From Candidatus Sericytochromatia bacterium (GTDB lineage Bacteria > Cyanobacteriota > Sericytochromatia > S15B-MN24 > UBA4093), in the NCBI GenBank assembly GCA_036676985.1, contig JAKFBU010000041.1, positions 1 to 64,000 of the forward strand: DNA of 64,000 nucleotides. The letters run 5' to 3'. This document shows, one piece after another, positions 39,296 through 48,292 of this stretch. Each line of letters begins with the position of its first letter. Position 1 is the stretch's first letter. Under the pieces are notes generated by a model. It was not told the origin of the DNA. It searched no databases and saw nothing but the letters and a program-made list of their open reading frames with translations. The position numbers and the translations under genes are program-made.

Positions 39296-40222
39296 CTAGG
39301 CGAGGGTTACGGTCCGGGCAAGGGCCGGGGGGGCGATAAAGCCGCGCAGGAGGTCCGCGACGCGCTCGGGGTCCTCCCACATGGGGAAGTGGCCGCACGG
39401 ATCGAGGGCCTCGAGGCGGGCGGCCGGGTGGTGCTCCAGGGCCGCGTGGAAGAGCTCCAGCGGGAAGAGGGGGTCCTGGGCGCCCGCCACCATCAGCACG
39501 GGGAAGGACGCGGCGGCGAGCCGCTCCCGGTACTCGACACTGCGGCCCGGCGCGAAGTGGATCTGGTTGGCGCGCAGCGTGCTCAAGAAGGCCTGGCGCA
39601 GGTAGGGATCCGCCGCGACGGCGCAGCCGTGACGCAGCACCTCCTCGAGGCGCTCGGCGGGGATCCGCCGCACGTCGTGGAAGAGCGGCTCGTAGTAGCG
39701 CCGGATGCCCATGGGATGGCGAACACCGAGCCACGGGGTGGCCAGCAGCATGGCCTCGCCGATCATGGGCCGCAAGAAGGGCTGGAAGAGCTCCGGGATC
39801 GAGACGTCCACCCACACGGGCGGCACGCCCACGGTCACGAGCCCCGCGACCCGCTCCGGGTGCGTGAGCGCGAAGGAGCTGCCGATGAGCCCGCCCATGG
39901 AGTGGGTGACGAGCGTAACCCGCTCGAGGCCGAGGGCCGCGAGGAAGTCCTCCAAGAAGCGGTGGTAGAAGTCGACGGTGTAGGCCGTCAGGGGTCGATC
40001 GGACTCGCCCCAGCCGGGGAAGTCGGGCGCGATGGTGCGCGCGTGGGGCGCGAGGGCGACCTGGGTGTCCCACCAGAAGACGTTGCCGGCGAACACCGCC
40101 CCGTGCAGCATCACCACCGGGGGGCCCTCTCCGGCCTCGGTGTAGGTGATGCGGACGCCGTTGACCGTCACGTCGCGCTGGAGGAGCCCATGATACGTGG
40201 ACGAGGCTGTCGAAAGACGCAT
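39296..40222 (-). CDS. Alpha/beta fold hydrolase
   Basis: LHG, DFPGWGES, HSMGG, GHFPMWE. Confidence 0.88.
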   Translation of the reverse strand: MRLSTASSTYHGLLQRDVTVNGVRITYTEAGEGPPVVMLHGAVFAGNVFWWDTQVALAPHARTIAPDFPGWGESDRPLTAYTVDFYHRFLEDFLAALGLERVTLVTHSMGGLIGSSFALTHPERVAGLVTVGVPPVWVDVSIPELFQPFLRPMIGEAMLLATPWLGVRHPMGIRRYYEPLFHDVRRIPAERLEEVLRHGCAVAADPYLRQAFLSTLRANQIHFAPGRSVEYRERLAAASFPVLMVAGAQDPLFPLELFHAALEHHPAARLEALDPCGHFPMWEDPERVADLLRGFIAPPALARTVTLA

Positions 40223-40423
40223 GATCGCCCCCTTTCAGACCAAGACACTCTATTTATACCTCCGGAGAAGGCCCGGGGTCTCGACACCCTGCACGACGAT
40301 CGTTCCGGCCACCCTCGTTGCAATGGGGGGAAATGGGTATATAAGGGGCTGAACCACCGGGATCGGCCACGCCGCCCGGTCGGATGGCCGCTTCGGGGCA
40401 CCGCCCCGCTCAAAGGATCCCCC

Positions 40424-41836
40424 GTGACGACACTCCACGACTTCGACCTCCTCGTCGTCGGCACCGAAACCGAGGCCTGCCTGTCGGCCGTCGCCGCCCA
40501 GCGCGCCGGCGCCCGCACCGCCCTGGTGGTGCCGGCGGACGAGCTACTGGGCGGGCTCTTGACCGAGGACGGGCTCGCCTTCGTCGACCGCGACTCGCGC
40601 CACCTGCTGCCGCCCGAGACCTCCCCGCACGACGGGATCTTCGGGCAGTTCCTCGCGCGGGCCCACGTGCCGCTCGTCGCCCTCGATCCCCTGGTGGGCG
40701 ATCGCACCCTGCGCGCCATGCTGGCCGAGGCCGGCGTGACGGTGCTCCCGCTGGAGTGGCGGAGCCTGGTCGTCGAGGGGGATCGGGCCGTGGCGCTCGT
40801 CGGAGCGGACGGCACGACGCTCCGGGCGCGGCACTTCCTGGACGGCACGCCGGACGGCGACCTCGCCGAGGCGGCCGGCATGACCTTTGCGAGCGGCTTT
40901 GCCGAGTACGGCCTCTCCCGCTTCCTGGGCGTGAGCCCCCTGCCGCGCGTGCACGGCGTGAGCCCCGAGCGGATCATGGAGACCTGCCGGGCGCTGGCGG
41001 CCGATCCCGAGCTCGAGGCCCTGCGGACACAGGTCTTCGGCGATCGCCGCTTCCTCGACCTCGAGCACGGCGTCGACTACGTGCTGGTGGGTCCTCCGCA
41101 CCTGGGCCTCGCCTTCCAGCGCTGGCGCGAGGCCGAGGGCCTCGTGAGCCCCTATCCCTTCGAGGCGGACGGCTTCAACGTCGCGGTGCTCGGCCCCGAG
41201 ACCACCTCCTGGAACGGCCTCATCTACTTCAGCACGGACCTCGCGACCCTCCTCAGGCTCTCGCGCGAGGGGGCGGACGACTTCTTCCAGCAGGAGGCCC
41301 GGCACTTCGAGCGCTTCCTGCAACAGGGCCTCGGCTGGACCGAGGCGCGCGTGGAGCTGCCCGCGGGCCTCTACGTGCGCCAGACGCGCCATGCCCTCGG
41401 CACCCGGCACCGCCTGACGCTGGACGAGATCGGCGCGAGCTACTCCGCCAGCAGCGTCGGGACCTTCTGCTACTACCCGGACTTCCGGGGGTTCCGGGCG
41501 GTCTCGGTGCCCAACCCCCTCACGGCGCACGTGATCCTGGAGGCGGGCCTCTATTCGGGGGTGCGCAACCTGGGCATCGCGAGCCGGGCGGGCGGTTACA
41601 CGCCCTTCGCCCACTCCCTCTGCCGCCTGGTGCAGTACAACGTCACCCTCGGCACCGCGCTCGGCGTCTCCGCCGCCATGGCGGGCTCCGACCTCGGGGC
41701 CGTCTCGGTGGCCGAGGTGCGCGCCGAGCTGTCGCGCCAGGGCATCCTCGCAGACGACCCCTTGGGCTTCGAGCGCAACCAGAACGCGCGCACGGCCCTC
41801 AAGACCGATCCCATCCTGACATTGGAGACCGTATGA
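40424..41836 (+). CDS. FAD-dependent oxidoreductase-like protein
   Basis: DLLVVG...AAQRAGA...LGGLLT, DGTPDGDLAEAAG, LYVRQTR; GTG start after AAAGGA. Confidence 0.72.
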   Translation: MTTLHDFDLLVVGTETEACLSAVAAQRAGARTALVVPADELLGGLLTEDGLAFVDRDSRHLLPPETSPHDGIFGQFLARAHVPLVALDPLVGDRTLRAMLAEAGVTVLPLEWRSLVVEGDRAVALVGADGTTLRARHFLDGTPDGDLAEAAGMTFASGFAEYGLSRFLGVSPLPRVHGVSPERIMETCRALAADPELEALRTQVFGDRRFLDLEHGVDYVLVGPPHLGLAFQRWREAEGLVSPYPFEADGFNVAVLGPETTSWNGLIYFSTDLATLLRLSREGADDFFQQEARHFERFLQQGLGWTEARVELPAGLYVRQTRHALGTRHRLTLDEIGASYSASSVGTFCYYPDFRGFRAVSVPNPLTAHVILEAGLYSGVRNLGIASRAGGYTPFAHSLCRLVQYNVTLGTALGVSAAMAGSDLGAVSVAEVRAELSRQGILADDPLGFERNQNARTALKTDPILTLETV

Positions 41837-42726
41837 CCCCATTCCTTCTCGCCCAGACCACGACCATCGGCGACGCCCTGCAGCGCGGCAGCGCCCACCT
41901 CCGCGAGGTGGGCATCGGCTCGGGCAACATCGAGGCCGCCATGCTCCTCAGCATGGTGACGGGGCTCGACCGGCTCGGGCTCATCAACTACATGACCCGC
42001 GAGCTCTCGACCCAGGAGCACGACTCGTTCGTGGCGCTCATCAACCGCCGCGGCTCCCGCGAGCCCCTGCAGCACATCACGGGCAACGTCGAGTTCATGG
42101 GCCTCGAGTTCGAGGTCTCGCCCGCCGTCCTCATCCCGCGCCCGGACACGGAGATCCTGGTCGAGGCCATCCTCGACGTCGAGGAGGTCGTGGGCCAGCG
42201 CGACGGCGTCCTCATCGCGGACGTGGGCGCGGGCTCGGGGGCGATCGCCGTCTCCCTGGCGAGCTACCTCCGCTACGCCCGCGTCATCGCCGTGGAGCTC
42301 TCGCCCGAGGCCGCCCGGGTGGCGCGCGCGAACATCGCCAAGCACGAGCTGGGCGATCGCGTGGAGCTCGTGGAGGGCGACGGCCTGGCGCCGCTCGCCC
42401 CTTACAAGGGCCAGCTCGCGATGCTCGTCTCCAACCCGCCCTACATCGCCGCTCCCGACGTGGAGGAGCTCGAGCCCGAGGTGCGGGACTTCGAGCCGCG
42501 CATGGCCCTCACGCCCGGCGAGGATCCCTACGTCTGGTACCGCCGCTTCGCCCAGGAGGGCCCGGATCTCCTGCAGCCGGGCGGCCTCTTGGCCGTCGAG
42601 GTCGGCATCCACCAGTCGACCGAGGTCGTGCGGTTGCTAGAGGAGTCGGGCCGCTGGACGGACATCAGCGTCCACAAGGACCTGGGCGGCATCGAGCGCG
42701 CCATCCTCGCCCGCACCATCGCCTAG
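41833..42726 (+). CDS. prmC: Release factor glutamine methyltransferase
   Basis: EPLQHITG, LIPRPDTE, DVGAGSGAI, SNPPY; ATGA overlap with the upstream gene. Confidence 0.95.
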   Translation: MTPFLLAQTTTIGDALQRGSAHLREVGIGSGNIEAAMLLSMVTGLDRLGLINYMTRELSTQEHDSFVALINRRGSREPLQHITGNVEFMGLEFEVSPAVLIPRPDTEILVEAILDVEEVVGQRDGVLIADVGAGSGAIAVSLASYLRYARVIAVELSPEAARVARANIAKHELGDRVELVEGDGLAPLAPYKGQLAMLVSNPPYIAAPDVEELEPEVRDFEPRMALTPGEDPYVWYRRFAQEGPDLLQPGGLLAVEVGIHQSTEVVRLLEESGRWTDISVHKDLGGIERAILARTIA

Positions 42727-42745
42727 CCCACCCCGCAGGCCCGGA

Positions 42746-43315
42746 TCAATCGCGATCCGGGCCTGTGATCTCCTTGATCACCTTGCCTGGGACGCCCGCC
42801 ACCAGGGCGTTCGGCGGCACGTCCTTGGTCACGACGCTGCCCGCGGCGATCACGCTGTTCGCCCCGATGGTGACGCCCGGGCTCAGGATGGCGCGGCCGC
42901 CCACCCAGACGTTGTCGCCGATGGTGATGGGCCGCGTGAACTCGACGCCCTGCGCGCGCTCCGTGGGGTCCAGCGGGTGGTTGACGGTGTAGACGTGCAC
43001 CCCGGGCCCGAAGAGCACCTTGTGCCCGATGATCACCGGGCCGCAATCCAGGAACACGCAGTCGAAGTTGGCGAAGAAGTCGTCGCCGATCGAGATGTTG
43101 TAACCGTAGTCGACGCGCAGCGTCGGCTCGATGGTGGGGTTGCGCCCGCAGGCCCCGAAGAGCTCCCGCAAGAGGTCCTGGCGCCGCCCGCCTTCGATCT
43201 CGGTAGTGGCGTTGAAGGCCCGGGTCAGCCGCCGGGCCCGCTCCCGGTCGGCGATCAGCTCCGGCACGTAGGGATCGTAGGGGAGGCCCGCCACCATCTT
43301 CTCGCGTTCGTTCAT
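42746..43315 (-). CDS. maa: Maltose/galactoside O-acetyltransferase
   Basis: EKMVAG, DYGYNI, hexapeptide repeats IGDNVWVG...AGSVVTKDVP. Confidence 0.9.
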   Translation of the reverse strand: MNEREKMVAGLPYDPYVPELIADRERARRLTRAFNATTEIEGGRRQDLLRELFGACGRNPTIEPTLRVDYGYNISIGDDFFANFDCVFLDCGPVIIGHKVLFGPGVHVYTVNHPLDPTERAQGVEFTRPITIGDNVWVGGRAILSPGVTIGANSVIAAGSVVTKDVPPNALVAGVPGKVIKEITGPDRD

Positions 43316-43462
43316 GGGATCCGCCTTCCTGTCCTCGCCCCCCATGATAGATCACGCCCCCACCCGGCTCCGCAGCCAGCCAAAAGTTCCGGTTGATTCG
43401 GCGACGCCCGTTTGCTATAGTACGTTAAGTTTTCCTTATGGCGAATTTAAGGAGGCGTTTAC

Positions 43463-44578
43463 GTGCAGCGAGCGTTACGGTTCTGGACGGCCTTGGGGAC
43501 GGGACTCAGCCTGGTGGCGTTGGTCGGCTGCGGCGTGCCGACCACCGGCCTCCGCGCGGGGGGTGAGCTGACGGCCGAGTCGGCGGCGACCCTCAACCCG
43601 GTCAAGATGCTCGTGTTACGTGACGCCAAGGCGTCGTTCAAGGCCTACGACGCCAACCGCAACGGCGTCCTCAGCCGCGCCGAGGTGCCCTTCCTGCGGG
43701 TAGAGAGCTTCGAGGCCCTCGACCTGAACCGTGACGGCAAGATCTCCTGGCCGGAGTCCGAGCCCAAGGGCTCGCAGCTCAAGATGCTGCTCGAAATGTC
43801 GTCCAAGGCCATCCTTCAGCTCTTCAAGAAGCTGGACAAGAACGGCAACCAGAAGCTCGAGGTCGCCGAGCGCGCCCAGGCCGACTACCTGCCGACGAGC
43901 GTGACCGAGGCCGAGCTGGACTTCGCGGGCTTCGTCACGGCCCTCGACCGGGGCTCCGAGGCGAGCTTCGAGGCCGAGCAGAGCGTGGTCAAGAGCGATC
44001 GCCCGCCCGTCGTGCTCGTGCCGGGCTTTTTCCTGCCGACGGCCATCTGGTTGCCCCTGGGCAAGATGCTCAAGAACCGCGGCTACGTGAACCAGGTGAC
44101 GGTGCCCCATTGGCCGAGCTTCGGCGACATCCGGGACTACGCGGCGGCCGCGGCGTTCCGCGCCCAGCAGCTCCAGGAGAAGACGGGCGCCAAGCAGATC
44201 GAGGTCATCGGCCACAGCATGGGCGGCCTGGTGCTGCGCTACTACATCAAGCGCCTGGGTGGCGACAAGGTTGCCTCGCATTACATCTCGTTCGGCACGC
44301 CGCAGCACGGCACGGTGATCGGCAAGCTCTGGCCCTGCACCTCCACCAACCAGATGCTGCCGGGCAGCGACTTCCTGACGGACCTCAACGCCGGCGACGA
44401 GACGCCGGGGGCGGTGAAGTACACCTCGATCCGCACCAACACCGACGAGATCGTGCTCTCGGAGACCAGCCCGATCCTCGAGGGGGCCTCGAACCACCTG
44501 GTGCCCTACGCGGAGCACCTGGAGCTCGTCTGGGATCCCCGCGCGCAGAAGATCGCCTTCGAAGCGCTCGCGAAGTAG
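43463..44578 (+). CDS. Lipoprotein lipase/esterase with N-terminal EF-hand motifs
   Basis: Lipobox LVGC; DANRNG, DLNRDG, DKNGNQ loops; GHSMGG, GTPQHGT. Confidence 0.85.
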   Translation: MQRALRFWTALGTGLSLVALVGCGVPTTGLRAGGELTAESAATLNPVKMLVLRDAKASFKAYDANRNGVLSRAEVPFLRVESFEALDLNRDGKISWPESEPKGSQLKMLLEMSSKAILQLFKKLDKNGNQKLEVAERAQADYLPTSVTEAELDFAGFVTALDRGSEASFEAEQSVVKSDRPPVVLVPGFFLPTAIWLPLGKMLKNRGYVNQVTVPHWPSFGDIRDYAAAAAFRAQQLQEKTGAKQIEVIGHSMGGLVLRYYIKRLGGDKVASHYISFGTPQHGTVIGKLWPCTSTNQMLPGSDFLTDLNAGDETPGAVKYTSIRTNTDEIVLSETSPILEGASNHLVPYAEHLELVWDPRAQKIAFEALAK

Positions 44579-44693
44579 GACAGGCCTCCGCGCCTGTCTC
44601 CGCTAAATCGCCTCGCGCCCGTCATGTCTGACGGGCGCGAGGCCCTTTTTGGGATCGGGTTATAGGGTGACAGGCACGGAGGCCTGTCCTACT
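44574..44693. repeat. REPIN/BIME: two inverted GTAG-type REPs flanking a terminator
   Basis: agtaggacaggcctccgcgcctgtc (44574-44598) and its inverse (44669-44693), 24/25 match. Confidence 0.8.
44610..44650 (+). terminator. Rho-independent terminator inside the REPIN
   Basis: gcctcgcgcccgtca-tgtc-tgacgggcgcgaggc followed by ccTTTTT. Confidence 0.75.
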
Positions 44694-46491
44694 AGAACCG
44701 CTGCCCGATGCCGATCGAGAACTGGCCCGGATCGCCCCAGCGGTGCAGGCCGTAGTCCGCGCGGATGATGCCCATGGGCGTGTCCACCCGCAGGCCCACG
44801 CCGTAGCCCGAGCGCAGGCTCGAGAGGCCGAGGGGATCGGCGCCCGTGCCCCAGAAGGCCCCCGTGTCCCCGAAGACCACGCCGTTGATGAGCTTGTAGA
44901 TCGGGAAGCGGCCTTCGAGGGTCGCCAGCGCGAACGAGTTGCCCCCGAACTCCGCATCGCGCCAGCCGCGGATCAGGTAGTCCCCGTACGAGTAGAAGCG
45001 CTGGTACGCCGGGATCCCGGCCCCGAAGAAGTCCACCATGCCGCCGAAGCGCGTCCCCATGGCGATCGTCAAAAAGGGTGCCGCGGGGATGTAGTGGTTG
45101 GCCTCGAGGGAGAGCTTGGAGAACTTGAGGTCCGCCAGGGGCACGTACTGCTCGCCGCTGGCCTTCAGGAGCCAGCCCGTCGACGGGTTGATGGCATGGT
45201 TGCGCGTGTCGTACTGCAGGGCTACCGCCCCCGAAAAGCCGAGATCCCGGCCGCTACCCGTCACCGAGGCAAAGGGCAGGTCCGTGCGGTTGCCGGCCTG
45301 GTCGGCGCGGGCGATGGAGGCCTGTTCTCCCTTGAGCGTGACGTAGGCGCGCCATGGGGTCGCGATCGGGTCGCCGAACAGCGGCCGCCCCATGGTCACC
45401 GACGCGCCGCCGCGCTGGTCCTGGAAGCCGATGGAGCCGTCATCCAGGCGCGCGAAGGGGTTGTAGTAGCGACGGATGTAGACCGAGGCCCCGAGGCTCG
45501 TGCGCTGGCCGTCGAGCCACGGCTCGACGAAGCTCAGCTCGGTGGTGACGTTGCGGTTGGCCGGGTCGAAGATGCGCGAGACCCACAGTGAGGCCCCCAC
45601 CGACTGCCCGCGGCCCATGAAGTTGTCGTTGGCCAAGGAGAGCTGGGCGAGCGGTCCCTCGGTGGCGCTCCAGCCCGCCGACGTGCTCAGGCGGCCCGTG
45701 TTGCGCTCCTTGACCTTGAGCGTGATGTCGTAGCCCAGGGATCCCGAGGCCGGGTCCAGCTGGGGGCTCACGTCGTCGAAGTAGCCCAGGCGTCCCAGGC
45801 GGTTGAGGTTCTCCTGGAGCTCGTCGCGGGTGACGAGGTCGCCCGGCTTGAGCGTGAGCTCCCGACGGATGACGTTCTCCTGGGTGCGGTTGTTGCCCTC
45901 GATCTTGAGGGAGCTGACGACGCCCTCGCGCACCTGCAGGACGAGCACCCCGTCGGGCGTGAGGTTCATCGGATACATGCGCGCGAGCACCAGGCCGTCC
46001 TTGGCGTAGCGCTCCTCGACCTCGGCGATCGCCTTCTTGACGTTCGGCACCGAGAGGATCTTGCCGCGCAGGGGCTCGAAGGGCTTGGCGACCTGATCGG
46101 GCTTGAAGTGCTGGACGCCTTCGATGCGCACGGAGCGCAGGACGGGATTCTCCTTGACCTGCAGCGTCAAGAGGATGCCTCCCAGCTCGCCCGGCGTCAG
46201 GGTCGGCACCACCGCCGAGAAGGTCCCGAGGCCTGCCACGCGCTGGAGACCCGCCTGGATATCCGCAATCTTGACCTCTTGGCCCTCGTGGAAGCCCAGG
46301 GCGTTCACGATGTCGGCCTTGGGGACCTCCTTGTTGCCCTGGATCTCGATCGAGACGATGCGCACCTTCTGTTGATCGTCCACCTGGGGGGCCTCGGCGG
46401 GCTTTTGCTCGGCTGCTGCCCCGGCAGGGAGGCCCTGTCCCCCGATCAACCCCATCGCAAGCATCCCGGTGAAGAGGATCCGGTGGCTCAT
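44692..46491 (-). CDS. bamA: Omp85/BamA family outer membrane protein
   Basis: Signal peptide, POTRA domains (IEGNNRTQENVIRREL), IRGW loop-6 motif, C-terminal FSIGIGQRF. Confidence 0.88.
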   Translation of the reverse strand: MSHRILFTGMLAMGLIGGQGLPAGAAAEQKPAEAPQVDDQQKVRIVSIEIQGNKEVPKADIVNALGFHEGQEVKIADIQAGLQRVAGLGTFSAVVPTLTPGELGGILLTLQVKENPVLRSVRIEGVQHFKPDQVAKPFEPLRGKILSVPNVKKAIAEVEERYAKDGLVLARMYPMNLTPDGVLVLQVREGVVSSLKIEGNNRTQENVIRRELTLKPGDLVTRDELQENLNRLGRLGYFDDVSPQLDPASGSLGYDITLKVKERNTGRLSTSAGWSATEGPLAQLSLANDNFMGRGQSVGASLWVSRIFDPANRNVTTELSFVEPWLDGQRTSLGASVYIRRYYNPFARLDDGSIGFQDQRGGASVTMGRPLFGDPIATPWRAYVTLKGEQASIARADQAGNRTDLPFASVTGSGRDLGFSGAVALQYDTRNHAINPSTGWLLKASGEQYVPLADLKFSKLSLEANHYIPAAPFLTIAMGTRFGGMVDFFGAGIPAYQRFYSYGDYLIRGWRDAEFGGNSFALATLEGRFPIYKLINGVVFGDTGAFWGTGADPLGLSSLRSGYGVGLRVDTPMGIIRADYGLHRWGDPGQFSIGIGQRF

Positions 46492-46628
46492 GAACGGCCC
46501 TTTCTTGGAACCCGATCGTCCGAACGGGTGAGAGGTCGCCTCCCAGCGAGGGTACAACGGAGGCTAGGCGAAGGGTTCGGCTACCGTGGACAAGGTTCTG
46601 GAGCCCTGATGCTCGACTGGAGGGCTTC

Positions 46629-47696
46629 ATGCGGCACGGCGCAGGCATCGGATGGACGCTCCTCGTGGCGACGGCCCTGGCGCTTGCAGGCTGCCAGGCG
46701 GCCGAAGATCGCGCGCCCGAACCCATGTCGGTCGAGCAGTCCGCGCCGTCGGGCGGGATCGGAGAGATGCCCGGCGCTGCTCAGCGCAAGATGGCAGCCG
46801 AGTCGGCCCCAAAGCCGGCCACGCAAGCGCCTGCGACCGCAGAACGCCACATCATCCGGCGTGCGGAGGTCTCCCTGCTCGTGACCTCGGTGCCCAAGGC
46901 CGTCGAGGAGGTGCGATCGCTCGCCAAGACCCAGGGCGGCTACGTCTCCGACGAGTCGCTCGACACCTCATCCGGTCAGGTGCCGAACGGCTCCTTGACC
47001 CTGCGGGTGCCCGTCGCGCGCTTCGACGCGACGCTCCAGGCCTTCGGGACCATCGGGGAGATCCAATCCCGCCGCCTCTCGGCCGAGGACGTGACGCTCG
47101 AGTACGTGGACACCGAGAGCCGATTGCGCAACTTGCAGCGGGAGGAGGCGCAGTTCCTCAAGATCCTCGAGCGGGCGGGCTCCATCCGGGACGTGCTCGC
47201 GGTCGAAAAGGAGCTGACGCGCGTCCGGGGCGAGATCGAGCAGACCACGGGCCGTCTGCGTCAGCTCAGCAACCTGGTGGATCTGGCGACCATCACCGTC
47301 AACCTGTCGGCGCGCGCCGAGGAGGCCGTCACCTCGCCCTGGGACCTGGCGCCGATCGTGCGCAACGCGTGGCAGGACGCGCAGGCCGAGCTCGCGGCCG
47401 CCCGGGTGGTCTCGGGCCTGATCTGGGTCGGAGCCTACCTCGTCCCGCTCGCAGTGCCGAGCGTGCTCCTCTACCTGTTGCTGGGATGGATCCTGGGGCG
47501 GCTCCTGGTGGGCCGCGCGCCGTGGCTGACGCTGACGCGCTTCCGCCTGGTGTGGCTCGTGGTGGGCGCGGCGGTGCTCGTCATCGCCTTCCCGCCCCTG
47601 CTACTCTTCCTGCTGGCCTTCGCGGCCCTGGCCTTCGGGGCAAGCAAGATCCCGGCTGTGAAGAACCGGTGGGGCAAGCCGCCCGAACAGCCCTAG
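46629..47696 (+). CDS. DUF4349-like lipoprotein with C-terminal TM helices
   Basis: Lipobox LAGC; GGYV, LRVP, EDVTLEYVD, RGEIE. Confidence 0.8.
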   Translation: MRHGAGIGWTLLVATALALAGCQAAEDRAPEPMSVEQSAPSGGIGEMPGAAQRKMAAESAPKPATQAPATAERHIIRRAEVSLLVTSVPKAVEEVRSLAKTQGGYVSDESLDTSSGQVPNGSLTLRVPVARFDATLQAFGTIGEIQSRRLSAEDVTLEYVDTESRLRNLQREEAQFLKILERAGSIRDVLAVEKELTRVRGEIEQTTGRLRQLSNLVDLATITVNLSARAEEAVTSPWDLAPIVRNAWQDAQAELAAARVVSGLIWVGAYLVPLAVPSVLLYLLLGWILGRLLVGRAPWLTLTRFRLVWLVVGAAVLVIAFPPLLLFLLAFAALAFGASKIPAVKNRWGKPPEQP

Positions 47697-47733
47697 CCAG
47701 GGTTCGAAGGCGACTCGACGTCACCAACAACAA

Positions 47734-47794
47734 AACCGTTCGTCTTGAGCCAGGTCGAAAGCCTGTCCTGAGGCTGTCGAAGGGGCGAACGGTT
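47734..47794. repeat. REP-like element (CCTGAG-N3-GTCGAAG class) inside an outer stem
   Basis: aaccgttcg...cgaacggtt enclosing tcttgagccaggtcgaaa and tcctgaggctgtcgaagg. Confidence 0.6.
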
Positions 47795-47800
47795 CCTTAT

Positions 47801-48208
47801 CTAGGCCTTGTCCGGAATCCGCACCACGAAGTACCCCTGCTTCCACCGCCGGCGGTACTCGTCGAGCCACTGGGCCACGGCCTTGCCCTCGACGTCCTTC
47901 TTGAGGTTGAAGATGTCCTTGATGGTGTAGCTCGGCTCCCCCTGGAGCTCCGCGACCATGGCATCCGAGAACACCTCGAGGCAGCGTTCGGGCGGGGGCA
48001 GTTGCGCCGGCTGCACGTCGCCCATGTCCTCGAGAATCGGGACGAAGGCCGGCAGGTTGATCCCGAAGTGGTTGCGGATCACCTCCGACATCTCCCAGGC
48101 GAGCTGGTCGGGCTCGTGCTGACAGCCGCCGTCGGTGGGCACGAAGCCCGCTCCGCCGTCGCTGCCCTGGGAGAACCAGCAGATGTAGTGCATCAAAGGG
48201 GTCGCCAT
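47801..48208 (-). CDS. Hypothetical protein
   Basis: 135-aa ORF with host-like codon usage. Confidence 0.65.
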   Translation of the reverse strand: MATPLMHYICWFSQGSDGGAGFVPTDGGCQHEPDQLAWEMSEVIRNHFGINLPAFVPILEDMGDVQPAQLPPPERCLEVFSDAMVAELQGEPSYTIKDIFNLKKDVEGKAVAQWLDEYRRRWKQGYFVVRIPDKA

Positions 48209-48292
48209 CGAGAGCCTCGCTTCCGGGTGGGATCGAACGCCCCGATTATCGCGCCCCTCGGGTCGAAGCGTCCAGCGCCGCCCGGCGGCTGG

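Noticed and set aside
40345-40410. GGGGCTGA start resembling tmRNA or tRNA
   Set aside because: No T-arm, CCA end or cloverleaf; the region is too short
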